Source: Phoronis australis
Lineage: Eukaryota > Animalia > Phoronida
Length of the DNA: 64,000 bases
Assembly: GCA_002633005.1 (NCBI GenBank)
Contig: NMRA01000286.1
Location: 216,175-280,174, forward strand
Direction: 5' to 3'
Within the stretch, counting starts at the first letter, position 1. Each line of letters opens with the position of its first letter. Made by a program: the position numbers and the translations under genes. The notes beneath the pieces are model-generated. The model was not told the DNA's origin. It did not search any database and saw only the letters and a list, made by a program, of their open reading frames with translations. This document shows positions 41,380 through 55,488 of this stretch, piece by piece.

Positions 41380-41790
41380 CCAAACAAAACCACTATCATT
41401 AAAAAGAGTATCAACTGTCTCTTGAAATCATTCAGCTGTCCCAAACTGGACTGGTGAAGCATAAAGATTAGATTGTTGGCAGTGAAGATTAGAAGACAGT
41501 GACCTATTTCTGTCATTAGCTTTCCAGCCTGTTGACTTCATTAGGTTATCAACATGTAACAGACTTGGAAGAAAGTCAATGCAATTTGAAGAATGTTGCA
41601 TCAAAGGGTGTGATGGCTGCAACTGTGACGCACTAATTGCTCCTAAATACAGTATCTTAAACAAAACTCCCACAGAATATGAGCGAATTTGAATATTACT
41701 GCGTAGAAAAGTAGCTGTAGAGAGATTGAGTAGCCAACGACAAAACTTGTACAGCAGATTCATCAACAAAGAGAAACACAAACGTGGAAA
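41380..41790 (+). mobile_element. Decayed CR1-like LINE fragment
   Basis: Broken peptides LDW, HKD*IV, LFLSL...VDFI and LSSQRQNLYSRF follow the order of CR1 post-RT motifs (L.W..H...IV, LYFL, DL, L..RR..LC..F). Confidence 0.35.
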
Positions 41791-42336
41791 ATTCGTGAGA
41801 ATCGTCTTTGCAATTACTAATTTATTAAAACCATAAAACCGCATTAATTTATCCCCACGTAAGCATAAAAATACAAGTTTATCTATTTGATGTCTTTATG
41901 CGACCTAGTGTACACAGGAAATGGTAGAAATGCAATAAATGGGGCGACATTATGAAGCAGTCTGTATTGACTTGGAGAGTCTAATGTTAGAGAAACTGAA
42001 GGTGAGTGCTGTAGCAGCTGGGATTACAATGAAAAATGCTGAAGGGCACACCAGAGTGGTGAGTGAAAATCAACAGCAAGACCAACAGAAGCATGAAATG
42101 AGCGTTAAAGGGGAAAGCCAACATCTCTGGTGTTATTTTTCAACTTAATAATACCATAATTCCAAGAACTATTTTGATCTCAATTATTGTGTTTCTGACA
42201 GTCTATGTAAAATTCCTGAAAGGCTCTGACAATATGCTGTCAATGATTTTGGGAATCTTGCATGCATTTTTTATTAGCACTCTTTCAGCTAATAAATTAT
42301 GCCTGCAAGATTCTTGAAAGGGTCTGAAGTCATTTA

Positions 42337-42382
42337 AATAATAACAATAACAATAATAATGATAATGACAATAATAATAATA
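42337..42382. repeat. (AAT)n microsatellite, imperfect
   Basis: Directly visible. Confidence 0.9.
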
Positions 42383-42804
42383 AACTATTTACAGAGGATA
42401 AAATGTAAAAGATATAACAACACGTTTTAGCCAAAGGCTACTATACAACATGGTCCACTACAATGACATCAGGATGTGCACGCATTTTTAATTAGTGCCA
42501 TGGGATTAGTCAACGGTTGATTACATTGATATTTCAGTCACTTCATGTGAAACGGCAAAATGAAACATCGGTTGATGCAGTTAGTACAAACAATTGACAG
42601 TGTGTAAAATACATCTTCACTTTTTCACACAAACACAATAAGGCCGTACCGGATAACACAGCGACTTCAATCTCGATGTATTTACCCACAATGCCGTAAA
42701 CATCTGTCAGGCACATTTGCTACCTCGTTTTCGTGCCATGCATGTTTCACAAGTTAATAGCCGTTGTCAGATTCTTTATAAGTTTTTCTGAGTTGTATAA
42801 ATCC

Positions 42805-42990
42805 GTTGGTCCAACGAGGTATTACTGCTGTGCTGCAGACTGCAACTCCGACGTGAAAAAGCTTGATAAACTGGAGAAGTACCCGTGGATGCAAAACGTG
42901 AAATTCTTCACGTTCCCCACATCAGTGAGACATGAAAATGTGCCGGATTTCCACAACGAGGTCACGCGCTTTCTTATCTCCAGGACAAAG
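42805..42990 (+). pseudogene. THAP zinc-finger N-terminal fragment, probably from a DNA transposon
   Basis: YYCCAADCNSD...YPWMQNVKFFTFP fits the THAP pattern C.x4.C.N...F..FP. The downstream W and CxxH residues are missing and there is no credible ATG. Confidence 0.6.
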
Positions 42991-44549
42991 GAGAGTTCTA
43001 TCATGGTGTAATCCACGACAGTCCTATTGACAAAATTGTCACATTTCCTACATTCCTAAGGCTGACTACTTGTACCGAAAGTTGTTTTATGACATCTATA
43101 CAATACAAACCATGTCACTAATATATTTAAAAAATTTTAATCTTTATTTTTGTTGAGAAATTTGACAAAATGGAATTTCACTTGTCGCTCATACTCTGCG
43201 CTAAATAAGTGAAGAATTGTGGTAGTTTAGTAATTTTTTGGGGATTGGATCTTTGAGGATCAATTAAAAATTTTGACTGAGGGGATGGGCGTTCATAAAA
43301 TTTTGAAAATACCAGACTAAGCATTGGCATTCGCCTGCATAGTAGAAATACTGTGGCAAATTAAAGCAATTTTCATATTGTCAATGCTTCGTCAGACAAA
43401 TAAAAAACATTGTACATCTTTCCTCTCAAAACCGAGACAACTGAACTTAATTGCCGACTATACGAAAAAAATCTGGCTCCATCTGTAAATCTGGGCTCAT
43501 TTAGCTTCAGACATTTAACATGGTGCCAACCTATGATCACTACGCCAGCATGATATTGAAAGAAAACACCTGAATGCATAAACCTGCCTGCCTTACAAAC
43601 ACACCCCTCATAAATACAAAATAACCAAGAATAACAAAGACACAGGATGCAGAAATAATTAAAGAATCCAAGCATAAAACTGGGTCAATTCCAACAAAAC
43701 CTTCAGTATACAACCACCAAAAAGGGAGCCCCATGAAAAATAGCTTGGGAGTACAGTAACCTAACAGTACAATCCAGTGCACTCTTTGGAGATTCTGAAC
43801 AATAAAAATAAATTAACAAAAATATGCGGGAGAAATGAAATTATGAGAAATTTAGACAAGTTTGGGTAGAATGTAACCTTTAAATGGTCATAGTGACTTG
43901 TCCTAAATACACCCGAGGTCAATATTTGACGCAGTGCCAAAACCATGCAAAATATCTGATAGTTACTTTTACTAGGTTCATATGAGTGGAGAAAACTCTA
44001 GCAGTTAAAAATGCTAACGTTTTAACCAGACGGAGGAGCTAACCACGATGGGGTCATTTTGGCCACCAGTTAGTCTGTTTCCTCACAACCCCAATCACTT
44101 TTAACCAAAAAAGGAGTGTCCAAATACTGTGCTCTCACTGGCATAAGTTGAATATGGCGGCAACAACAAAGGCCTCTTATCACTACTCATGTGTGTCCTT
44201 TGAAGTAAGCAGTCTGGCTACAATGGTAAGTGCAAGTTTAAGTGGCAGCAGTGGCCAGGTATTCCAAACTACCAGCTAAGCACCAGCCTAAGTGTTAGCG
44301 AAAACATAGAACAAAGACAAAATCAGTAATAAATTTCTCGATCAAAGGATGCTAATTAGCAATAATAGTTCAAGTTCATAGATGACCATGGTGCAATTCC
44401 AAAGCAGACCCAACATTGAAACGGCTCCAAGAATTCTAATTCTTTCGCCATCATTCTAAAGCTATGACACTTAACAAGAAAACTGACACTAGATCAAGCT
44501 ATTCCAGCTCAGATGGGGTGTACTAGGGGAGGGGGGAGCTCAGGTAGGG

Positions 44550-46390
44550 ATCCCACGATGAGCTGGTTCGTTCTGTGGTCAAGTTCTCATTCGCAGAATC
44601 TGTTCGAGCGAAATCCAGCAACCTCAGCGAAGCCAAATTCTAAATCCTGCATGACCAAAACTTCATTTACAGGCGAACATTTCACACATTAAATAAAAAA
44701 ACAACGGAACAGCAATAAAGTATTGTATTTTACCACATCTATAATATGGTACTAAGTTGGTCTCAAGTCAAGTCCTTCCAAAATAACAAGTGGTGCTCAG
44801 TGTCTCATTATAGCTGGCAGTATGTAACCGTTTTGGACTTAGCCCAATAAGTTGGCTTGCTAGGTTCACCCTAATTACAATAAGCACAAAAGCACTTCCG
44901 GTCATCAGGTATGGAAATATGCTTATTTTCTGCCCGACTACTCAATGGAGTTACTACATACGTCATGATCCTGGTAGTTTGCACCTTCAACTTAAGGCAT
45001 AGAACTCTATACAGTACTTTCACATTCAGAGACTCAGCAGGACTGGGGCAAACATTATCATATGTCAAAAGTTGGGAAATTTGACTCGGGAATGACTGAC
45101 AGGGACAAAAACTATGAAAGAACGTGACCTGCCAGGTTGTCAATAATGTCTTACAGACAGAACTTAAGCACAGGAGAGAAAGATTTACAGCAGCCAATAT
45201 GCTAGAATCATTAAGGTGCTTGTACCGCTTCATAAGCCAGGCATGAACAAACAAACTAAAAAGCTGAAAAACATATGCGGATGTTATGTACACACAGAGC
45301 TAATGTGGGTTGCTTTTGCGCCTTCGCGACACTGTTGAATTGCAAAGAGTTTACCAACAGGTTGAGGTCAGGGTTAAATGGCTTTGACAAGTGTATTGGG
45401 GCTTACCAGTGTCTGGTAAGCTCGTTAAAATACCAGATAGACCAGGTAAAGTTAAGTATGACGCAAGAGAACTGCATCAAGTGAGGAAACCATCCCCAAC
45501 TACTTACGGTTGAAGACAGATTTAACCAAGAACAGTTATGGTATAGCCTGTACACATCCGATACATGCAAACAGAAGGTTCACAGCTAGTTCCAACTGAA
45601 CTAGACCGAGACCAAAATGGGTTACCAGGCAAAGGACAGAAAGTAAATGCAAAATCTTGTAAAAGGCAAGAACTAAAAGCCTTTAAGTTTCCCACGGACT
45701 AGAAAACACTGGGTATGTGAACTGTTATGGCCCGAGACTACTAAACTTACGATACAACCTGAAAATTGACCAATTACATTGTGTGACACTTGGAAGTTTA
45801 CTTGGATAATAACCAGTAGTTTTAATTTGATAGTCGCAGATACAGGAGCCAGGCTCTGTAACCATACACACACCTCTTCAATTTCCCCCATAAAGAATAT
45901 GCACCAGTCACTAACTCAATTCCTCCTTCCGAAGATAGAATGCGCGTGCTTCACCGATCTTGCCAGAATTTTGCCCAACAATTCAGACTTCCATCTGTTT
46001 ACTTCCTGTTGTAATTTAAGCCCGTTTGATGAGTGGTGGCAAATGCACTGCTTTCATGAAATAAATGGAACAATTGTGAACAAAGGTGTTGGTAATTTTA
46101 AGTTTGGAAGTCAACACAAACTTTGAAACGAATTGTCCGACTTTGATGCTGTGGCGACTTCGTGTTGACTTGGGATTTTTTCCAGGTACACGAATACAAT
46201 CTGAGGTCACATTGACGACCTGCAGGTTGCCAAATTGATCCCACTGTGTTCCAAAGGCAGTGCAAGTTGGCCTCAACCATGTTGTGTCCTGCCGACTGTT
46301 CGTGAGAACGCCAACATGTGTCGAGGCAGAACAATCATCCGATGAAAATGTCGCCATTGCACCAGTTGGGATTCTTGTTCTTGATAACAA
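44550..46390 (-). mobile_element. Probable highly decayed DIRS-type tyrosine-recombinase retrotransposon fragment
   Basis: Minus-strand remnants in the expected order: IRVPGKN (RNase H HIPG..N, ~46190), ELLGKIL (~45975), DNVCP (recombinase LCPV, ~45050) and SLEQILRMRT* (SL..IL...W, ~44600). Many frameshifts. Confidence 0.45.
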
Positions 46391-46422
46391 GCAAAAAGTT
46401 GCAAGTGATCAACCACCTCCAA

Positions 46423-46690
46423 GGAGGCAGTGTGACCTAGTGGGTTAAATCTGTGCCTCCTGTATACAAGGTCCCAGATTCAAATCCCATTGGACCCCAT
46501 TGCTAGACCCTTCAGTCAGGTTTCTAGCTCCTCAGCTCATTCTTAATTTGAGTATATGCCTATATGTGTTACATATCTATATTAATAAATGAGAAATGGC
46601 TTCAGGTGTCTGATGCAATGACACAGCTGAGCGGGCTGTGTATGTCTGATGCAACATGTATCAGACCACTTGCACTATATTTTTAACCGC
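46423..46690 (+). mobile_element. tRNA-derived SINE
   Basis: GGAGGCAGTG start, A box TGACCTAGTGG (46433-46443) and B box GATTCAAATCC (46477-46487). The 3' boundary is approximate. Confidence 0.55.
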
Positions 46691-46905
46691 ACCCAACTTC
46701 CTAAATTTCTGTGAAGGTCTTGCATCCAGGAACTGACGTACAGCAGCCTAGACTTGGTCCATTTGCAACGTGTCAATTTGCATCCTATCAAAAGTTACGT
46801 CCAAACAACGCACCAGACTCATACTAAAGATGTAGCCATGTGCAACTCTAGGTTACGCAAGAAGTTTGCCCTCAGGTGAGCATGTAGTTACCAAAGGGCA
46901 TCTGA

Positions 46906-46926
46906 CATCATCATCATCATCATCAT
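46906..46926. repeat. (CAT)n microsatellite
   Basis: Directly visible. Confidence 0.9.
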
Positions 46927-47565
46927 ATAAAAGCACTGATAACCCACATTATGCGAGTAATAATTTTATTATGCAAGTCATAATTTCGTTACGTAATAAA
47001 TTTTTGAAACCAGTGTCAACTTTGAAAGCTGATGCTGCGGCATGTGATGAAGGTATCCCTATATAACCACCACCTCTAGCTTAACTTCATGGGAAAAACC
47101 TTATTGATGTAACATTCAAAAAGAAAATAAAACAGTCTGTAATTTGCAGATCAATTGGTACAAACAGATGATATCAAACAGCAGTTGTAGGGATAACATC
47201 AATTAATAAGAAAGTCTGGACCTATAGCATTCATACTTGCCACACAATCAAGGTTTCACATAACCGCATTTCACAAAAATGCAGTTTTAAAAATAAAACA
47301 AAACGTGGGGATTTCAGAAAAAAATAACAAATTCATATGAATTGTTGTTTCCAGGAAACAAATCTTGCTCTCTGGGAGAGTGCTACAACACACCTGGTTT
47401 GTTTAGGACCAACCTGTCAATCAAAACAAATCCCCCTCCAAAGTTTTTCTACAGTACAAACCCCCTTTGGTTAAGTAAGTAAAATGTTTATTTCACACGA
47501 GTGTGAAATAGTTCAACAATCAAAACAGCAGAACCGGTGTTATGACCAAGAGAAAAAAATATTAA

Positions 47566-48286
47566 AGGAGCATAGAAGTCTCATCGAGTCCAGGGTAGTT
47601 TGTAGACCCAAAGGTACATTTACCCGATGATAGAACAAGAGTTGGCTGGTATCACCAAAACAGTGTTTAGCTTCATTTCAACTTCATCTACAGTTAATCC
47701 CGTGAACGGCACTGGACTATAGTTTTCTCAAAAACCTGTTTTGACTCGTCACTGCGTTGAGTTTGAATTTTGTCGTGACCAGTTTGTCTTACTTTGGTCA
47801 AGTTTGATATTTAATGTTGAGAACACTGACTTCAAGTTTCAGTGATAATATGTACTAACTGCCTTTACAATATTGATAAATTTTGCTTATTTATTTAAAA
47901 ATTATCAAGTGTGTAATATAAATAAGAACAAACCTGTGATTGTTCACCTGCTGACACAAAATTTTGTTTTCAGGGATTGTTGTTTAAGCAAGAATTGAAA
48001 CTTCAAAATTCAATATCTCAAGAAAGTGTCCAGTTTTAGCCATGTTTCTATTTTCCAACAATACAATCCTTCAATTTCAAAACCATAATTTTATATCTTT
48101 GATTTAAAATCAAGAGTCACCTTATTCTTAGATAAGTCTTTAACACTTAACATATTTTTGACAATGAAAAAATCAGCTCAAGGTAAAGAAAATCTCAAGA
48201 CACAAGTCTGAGCATTTCAGAAAATTCCATTTACAAAAAGTTTCATGGTAAGACTGGTGAAACGACTTTTCCCAATCACTGTACCT
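47566..48286. mobile_element. Possible TTAA-flanked non-autonomous DNA transposon (Kolobok-like ends)
   Basis: TTAA|AGGAGCATAG ... CTGTACCT|TTAA. The TIR is short and imperfect. Confidence 0.4.
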
Positions 48287-49194
48287 TTAAAAAAAATGAT
48301 ATTTTTACCACAAACGCAGAGTACATGACCATGAGAAAGGAATGTGTCATGAATATCGAGAATAGAGTCGCCTTAACTCCCAATTTCATAAATGTATTCT
48401 TCTACAGGCCGTTAGTCACTAGTCACTTAGATATTTTTAATTAGGGCTACATTTAACCCTGAGCAAAAGAAAACGCATGAAATATTGATTTTATGGTTGC
48501 ATCATTTTTAATGCAATATTGATGAGATATAAAGTAGATTTAAAGAAATGAAAACCATTAGTTCCATTTCTTGGTTGTCTTCCACTATTTATTTTGATAT
48601 GAGCATAATAAAATCTCCAATTTCAGACGAAAATAATTTCCAAAATAGGTCTTTTTTCATTTTTAAAAGCTTTCAACAAGGTTATGAATGCCCTCAATTT
48701 CTCAAACAATTGTCTGCTGGTGGTCATGGTGTAGACCTCTGTAATGATATAGCATTCATTTGATGCTGAGTATTATTAACAAAAAAATGAAAAAAATCAC
48801 TTGCTCACCATATTGTAAACTGCATTGGTGATATTTTACCTCCAGACTTGCTTCCAATAGTAACATTGTGTGTCATTCTAAGCTAGTGTAAAGACTTCTG
48901 AACTGTTTACACAGACGTCAGGAAACTGGACAGACCTCAAAAATTACGAATGGCAGATTCCCTGAGCCCCAGTTATAAAACGTGTACTAGTCCAACATTG
49001 TCGTATTATTACTGTTGTATTACCATTGTATCATTGTTGTATTACGGGTAAGCATTAGTCAAGATAAATTAAGGCGTGATTGCAATTTTAATTTGCACAT
49101 TGACTTGAGTTAACCAATCTCAATGAACATTTTTATGTGCCAATCCTAAAATTATCCCATCTGACTACTTAGCCCCTCCAGCAAAAACATGAAG

Positions 49195-49273
49195 TTATAA
49201 CTCCTGATACTAATGTTATCATGGGGCGCCCATTATAACTCCCAATGCTATATATTATCATGGGGCGCCCATT
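49195..49273. repeat. ~39-bp tandem duplication
   Basis: TTATCATGGGGCGCCCATT at 49216 and 49255, each preceded by TTATAACTCC. Confidence 0.9.
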
Positions 49274-51157
49274 TCCACATCAAACTGCATGACACACAAC
49301 AGGTAACATTGCTGATTACAAGAATGGAAATTAATATGGGCAAAATGGTAAAGTCTTTAGTTTGGACACAGTGTCACGGACATGCTGAATTTTGTTTTGT
49401 CAAATTTCAGAACAAAAATTACATTTAATCAGCATGGTCTGTAAATAATAGCTGTTGTATAAAAATGTTTAATAAAATAATGTTTGAGGGTCCATACATG
49501 ATAGGAATACGGTTTTGAAAAATAGAAAATGGGAATACTAGAAATTATTTTTTGTCCCAAAATGAAGAATTTCAACATGAACCATTTGTACAAAATACTC
49601 ATTAAATAATATTCTTTACAAATCCTACAGTTCCAAAAGCCCTATTTAAGATGAAAGAGATCAATTTCAAATCCTCGCACAATGTCTGATGCTATAAGCT
49701 TATAGAGAAGACTTTTAGAGTTAGTGTGGCTCACAATATTGTGATCACTCATTAAACGGTAGATGGACCCGAAACAGTTCATCGATTCAGTAACTCGAAC
49801 CTAGACTCACGAGTAAGTTAGTCACTGTGCAGCATTTACCAGTCGGTGAACTGTGTTTATAAGTGAGGAACTGTGTTCATGAGTGCTACAGCCATCTTGT
49901 TTCCACCCCCAACATTATATATACCATGGAGTTCTTTGTGATCTCTAATGTTAAGTTTTGATTAGAATAACAATGTAAAAAAATGTTACATACTTAAAGA
50001 ACCTCACTTAACCTTTCCAAAAACAGAAAAGTGCATTTTAGCAAACCTACAACTCTATTTTGTAATTAGTTTTTCCTCTTTTCAGTGCATTAATGCTCCA
50101 GGTCGGTTTTACAGATATTAAAATTACTGCATGACTTGTTGATTATTTCTCAACTAACAGAAACTGGAGAAGGAAACAGTGCCACAACCAGAAACATTTG
50201 AGCAAGACCGATTGCCTCACAGTGCACATTTAATTAAGCAAATGCCCTGAATTCTAACAACGTTCCATCATTGCAAAAGCAACAGGGGTATCTACATCGT
50301 GCAGGATTTACGCCCGCGGAAAATATATCGCAGAAAACAATGTGTGAGAGGTCGTGCATGTGTGACTGGGTGCCATACATCTACATAGAGAATGTACTGA
50401 CCTTGAAAGCAAGCGCGTCATAACAGTCGACACAATGGATGGGCAGAGCATGGACGGAACGAATGACGTCAAATGAATTTGAAAATGATTACTTTTTTAT
50501 GTAATCTATGCATAACTTGAGAAGCATGGACTACTTGGGGAAAGCGAAATGATATAAATTAAGTGAGGCAGAATATAACTGTGGCAAGACTAAGCAAGAG
50601 TGGTTAATTTTTAATGTGTTTTAGATAGGGAAATTAACAATAATGAGTAGTTCAAGGTGAGACCACCTGGGGAAACCCAATGATGCAAATCAAAACCGAT
50701 GAAATATAACAATGGCTACTCTTGAAATGACGTCAATCGGACTAAACAAAGTAAGTGAATTATGATGAAACCATATACGCGCAGCATTTGTGGAAACTGA
50801 ACCTAATGAGAGAAGAAAGTTAGGATCAGGTGATTTCCTGCTAGAACGGAGCGAATTAATGGTAGTTGATCAATCCACTGGGATTCGCCTAATTGATAAA
50901 ATTGTGTAATTCAAATGGTGCCCGTGTAGGTACAATTACCCGACACTAATGGATTGTGCTACCTGAACTGAATCGTTAACAAAGGCATCACTATACATTA
51001 AGCTCAAATGTAGGACTAATGGTACTGTTTTATAGTCATTAGGGCTTTACCACCAGTTTGTAGAGGTGATACTATGTAAAGCTAAGTTAATCTGACCTCT
51101 AGCTTCATAAGATGGACAAAGAAGTTACGGTCAAGTGATTTTTGCATAGATGTGCTA

Positions 51158-51195
51158 ATAACGATAATAATAATAACAGTAATAATAATAATAAC
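51158..51195. repeat. (AAT)n microsatellite, imperfect
   Basis: Directly visible. Confidence 0.85.
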
Positions 51196-52834
51196 GGTAA
51201 ATCCCAACTTCTGGAACTTAGTACAGCAAAATAATTTTCCCAACTTTAGGGAAACGCCTGGTTCCTTCTAATGTAGCACAGTGGTGATGTTCAGTACATG
51301 GTGATTTTTCTTGGTATACACAGAGCGCACGTCTCGAATTCAACTACCACTTGCCAAGGTATAAAAAACACATTTCATACGAATTGCCTTGTTTTCGAAA
51401 CTTATTTCCAAGTTGAGACAAATAACTAAAAAAGAACATAATATCGCACCTTATTTTTCAATTTTATTATCGGCATTGCTACTTATTACATGCAACAATA
51501 AAACTACACAAGGATCAGAATCCCAAACTTAAAGATCATTTTGTTGTAAAATAGTGATCAGGGTTGAAGCAGTGTAGAACTGAAGGTCAAGAACCATATT
51601 GATGCAGAACATAGTTGGTAAATGCTAAAATGATGCAAATCAGACAGGGTGCTGCGGTATGATTTTCCATGTTTATGAGCTCTTGCGTCAGGTGAGCCTG
51701 GCTCTCACCTGGAGCCACCAATAACACTAAACACACCCAGCAAGCATTGTAGTGCCCCCAGCAGGAAATAAAAGTTAATAAACAAACAGGATTACCCAAG
51801 CACAAGGCACAATTTGTCGCTTACGGCCTCACCTGCACAGATCCCTCACAATCTAAACCATGCCAAAAGCCACACATATGCTAGCACAGTATATATGGTA
51901 AAACAAATTAGTGCCAAACATAAGTTCATTTATGTTGGTTGCCATAACCTGTGTTCTCAAAACACCTGAGGACAAGATGAAGGTGCGGGAACCAGCACTT
52001 CAGGAACAACAGGTCACACCCCAATACTGAAGCTAACACCACTTGGATAGTTAAATCTTTGCTAAGCGGATCACCCTCTAACCAGTTTTTGGAGAATGTT
52101 ATCTGACTATGACCACTAATTACACCACACTCCCACCACGTTTAGAACATTATCCATTATCCGTTATCAGTGTGCAGGGTTAAAACGTAATTAACTTAAG
52201 GTATCAAAACTGCAGTAGCATATGTCATTACCAAGTTCTATCAGCAAATACAGAAGTAAATAGAGTCATAGTTTTTAGAATAGCCATTAGGCAAGCTGAG
52301 ATTTATAAGGGTGATGGACCATGTTTTAGATATGCCAGTCTTTGGAAGCATCAAGGTTTGTTGGACCATAATCCACTGCAACTGCTTAAACTGTGACAAT
52401 TCTAAAATTCTGACAGTTTATGCAGATCCCCGAAGCTCAAACAGTTGTAATTTTATTGAGATAATTTGTAGGCTAGCACAAACTGTGGCAACCCATACGA
52501 TGCATACACACAAGTCTTACCAGTCTTGGTACATGAATGGTTCTGCAACCCCTTAAATGGTCAACCACTGGAAAAAAAACTTTCCTGTTGCAAGTCATGT
52601 GATTCAAGAGAACGGTAATTCAAGATAACAATGGTGAAAGACAAGAGTGTTGAGTATGACAGAATGTGATTGGTGGAAACTGCGACAGTTGGCAGGGATG
52701 ACTTCAACTAAGTAAGTAGTGAGATGTATTTATACAGGAAAGATTCAGTATAACATTAACGTCCTCCCATAGGGTCCCGATAAGAAAGCAAATATTGTGA
52801 ATCTGAAGAGACTGCAGTTATACACCGGTACCTG

Positions 52835-53090
52835 GATTTACAGATATCTATAGATTCACTCTACCATACATCAGAAACCAGACAGTTCCATAGCATGGTA
52901 CCAGTGAAGAAGAATGAATGTATGTCAAAATCAGCTCTGAACAGAGAAAGGGATTGCCATTGGCACTAAACCTAGTATGGTATGTCTGTAGTGAACCTGA
53001 TTTAGGAGACCCTATGACAATCGGGTGCCATGCCATGAAGACATTTGTAAGCATACAAGCTAAAACATATGGTAACCTCTAGGTACATGG
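52835..53090 (-). mobile_element. CR1/L2-type LINE 3' end relic
   Basis: Minus-strand peptides YKCLHGMAPD, YHTRFSANGN and SFFFTGTMLWNCL match the YK.L.G.AP.YL / Y.TR / SF...G..LWN.LP C-terminal motifs, in order, with frameshifts. Confidence 0.8.
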
Positions 53091-55266
53091 AGGTTGAGTC
53101 AGCCAATGTTGGACTACACAGATTCACTACCGCTGTATCTAGTTGCTAGCCGAAATGATGGGTCTTACAGCCATATTCTGCAACTTGCAATTTGTTTCGG
53201 AGACTACAAACAATTAAAAGTGGTCCACAAAACAATTTTCCAAACTACCCAAAACTACCTTAGGGCTCTATACAAGAGATTCAGAGAATCAAGATACAAA
53301 AACTTCCTTAATATTTTCAGATGTCCTATTTTCTGAGAACTTAAGAGGAAATGTAATTAATCTGCATAGATGTGACATAAGGTGTAGAAACAGATGGACA
53401 TTGACATGTGGATGAAGACTGCAATTGCCACACTCTGTGGTCTTACAAAAATTCTCAAGATTAAACTTGCGCAAAAAACGGCCATTGACAAAACATGTAA
53501 AAATATTTCCCAAAAAACTTAAACACTATGTTTTGTTATCGGATTTTCTTGGCAGTGCTTCTGTTCTTTTAAAGTTTCGTCATACAAAACCTCCAACTCA
53601 CACAGAGAATGCATGAAAGTGGCTGGTAATGAACACTAAGTAACACAATTTTTCTCAGTAACTCAGTAATTGATGGTAGGCCCATAGCGGCTGGTTTGTT
53701 GTCACCTCAAATCACAAGACAAGTCTGATGTATTCAGCATGATAACACGGCCTAATCCTCTGGAGACCCTGCCCAGACTACATTCAAATACCAATAAAAT
53801 AAAGATGTTGGTCTAAGCCATGCAAATCGATGGCAGGAATTAACTCTACAAACATGTGGCACACTCTGCTGTGACACTATGACGGAGACCAGACTCGCAT
53901 GAAGGAGGTTAGCCTTTTAAAGCCCAAACTAGTATCTTTGAAAAAATTTTTTTGGTTTATGTTTTGTTGTGGATTTCTTTGTTTTGGATCTTTAATGCAA
54001 GTTAGTGTTCCTAGTTACAGGTAATACAACCTTAGACAGAATAGCGTTCATTTACTGCTTGAACCCTCAGAAGATTCACCGCCATCTTGATTTATTCCAC
54101 TTTAAAATTTGCAACTTCAGTCTGACCTAATTAGCACATCGCAGGGGAGGGGTCTATGAAAAAAATTTGTACAGCAAATGACAAACAAATAAAAAATCTG
54201 AACACTTATTCAAGTGAGTGACTTTGTACAAAAAAACAATAGCCAAAATTGTCACTTCTCTAGTTTCAATAACTGACTACCTCACTAACAGTAATCAAAA
54301 TTAGACCCGGTACAGTTGATGACTGTACCGAGCACAAAATTTTTGCTGCAAATTAATGAGAAATTTGACAAATTATAATTCCACTTCTTTTCCGTATTCT
54401 GAGCCAAATAGGAGAATTCAGTTTATTGGATGTACACTTTCATCACTTCAGAATGTTCCCATGCCAAAAGAGAAAAATGAAAAAGAGCCTGAACAGAAAA
54501 ATGTATCTATGAGTGGCAGCAAAAATCTTAAGGCGCAGAAACATACAGTCAAAAACTTATTCACCTTACATCAGTGGACTGTACATCCGGAGACGGAGAG
54601 TTTCCTAATCAACATACCCGTCAGGTGAAATTGAATGTCATAGTACAGAAATTCAAAACATACCTGTCTTGTGAAAACAGGCTGCAAGGTAAGTGAAAAT
54701 GGTAATTCCTTTTTATATGAAAGAGACTGCTTAGCCTTCAAAATTCTAAAAACCCTCAACTTGCCTTTATCAATGTAGTAAAGTCAGACACAATCTTAAC
54801 GTTCAGAAAAAAATTACAGTGTCTGAAATTGAGTTACTGTTAGGAAGTGTCTAGAGTGAAGACTACTGTTCAAAACTTCATATAAATTAGACTACCATAA
54901 CGGATCAACAGAGACCATTAAGAGTAAACTCTGGAAAAACTACCAGGGAGATAAATAAGTTTCTGAGAAAATACCAAGTTGCATATTTCAATCCACTGAA
55001 ATCCGCCCGTGATCTACATTTTCTAACAAAGCCATTCGCCTTCCGAAAGATAAATAAATTATACCCATTGTATACTCAGAAATGACATTTCAGTATGATA
55101 CATATACAAGAGGAAATTTGGACTTATCGCTCATAGCAGGCGTTACAATAACCAAGCCTTGAATAATAAGGACTACCGAATAATTGGGTTCTTGGATTGA
55201 AGTTTCTAAATAGAGATTTGTATTACCTTTAAGATAAAAAGTTGCATCAGGAAAATTAGCTGTCTA

Positions 55267-55488
55267 AGGGCCACCCCAGACGGGCAGTTACAAGCTAAGC
55301 TGTCTGCCTCAAATGAACAATAGCTGAGTTGACAGCGCATGCGAAGGCGCGAACAATTGAATGAACTAGCAGTTAGTTCATTACTTGTTTAATAGTTTTA
55401 ATTTTATGCCTTGGCCAAGCAGTGAGCTCAGCTATCCTTCACTTGAGGCAGACAGCTCACCAAATAGCTCTCCATTTACGGTAGTCTT
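55267..55488. mobile_element. Hairpin-forming MITE
   Basis: Inverted repeat AGCTGTCTGCCTCAAATGAACAATAGCTGAG (55298-55328) / CTCAGCTATCCTTCACTTGAGGCAGACAGCT (55427-55457). Weaker outer ends TAAGGGCCACC / GGTAGTCTTA. Confidence 0.7.
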
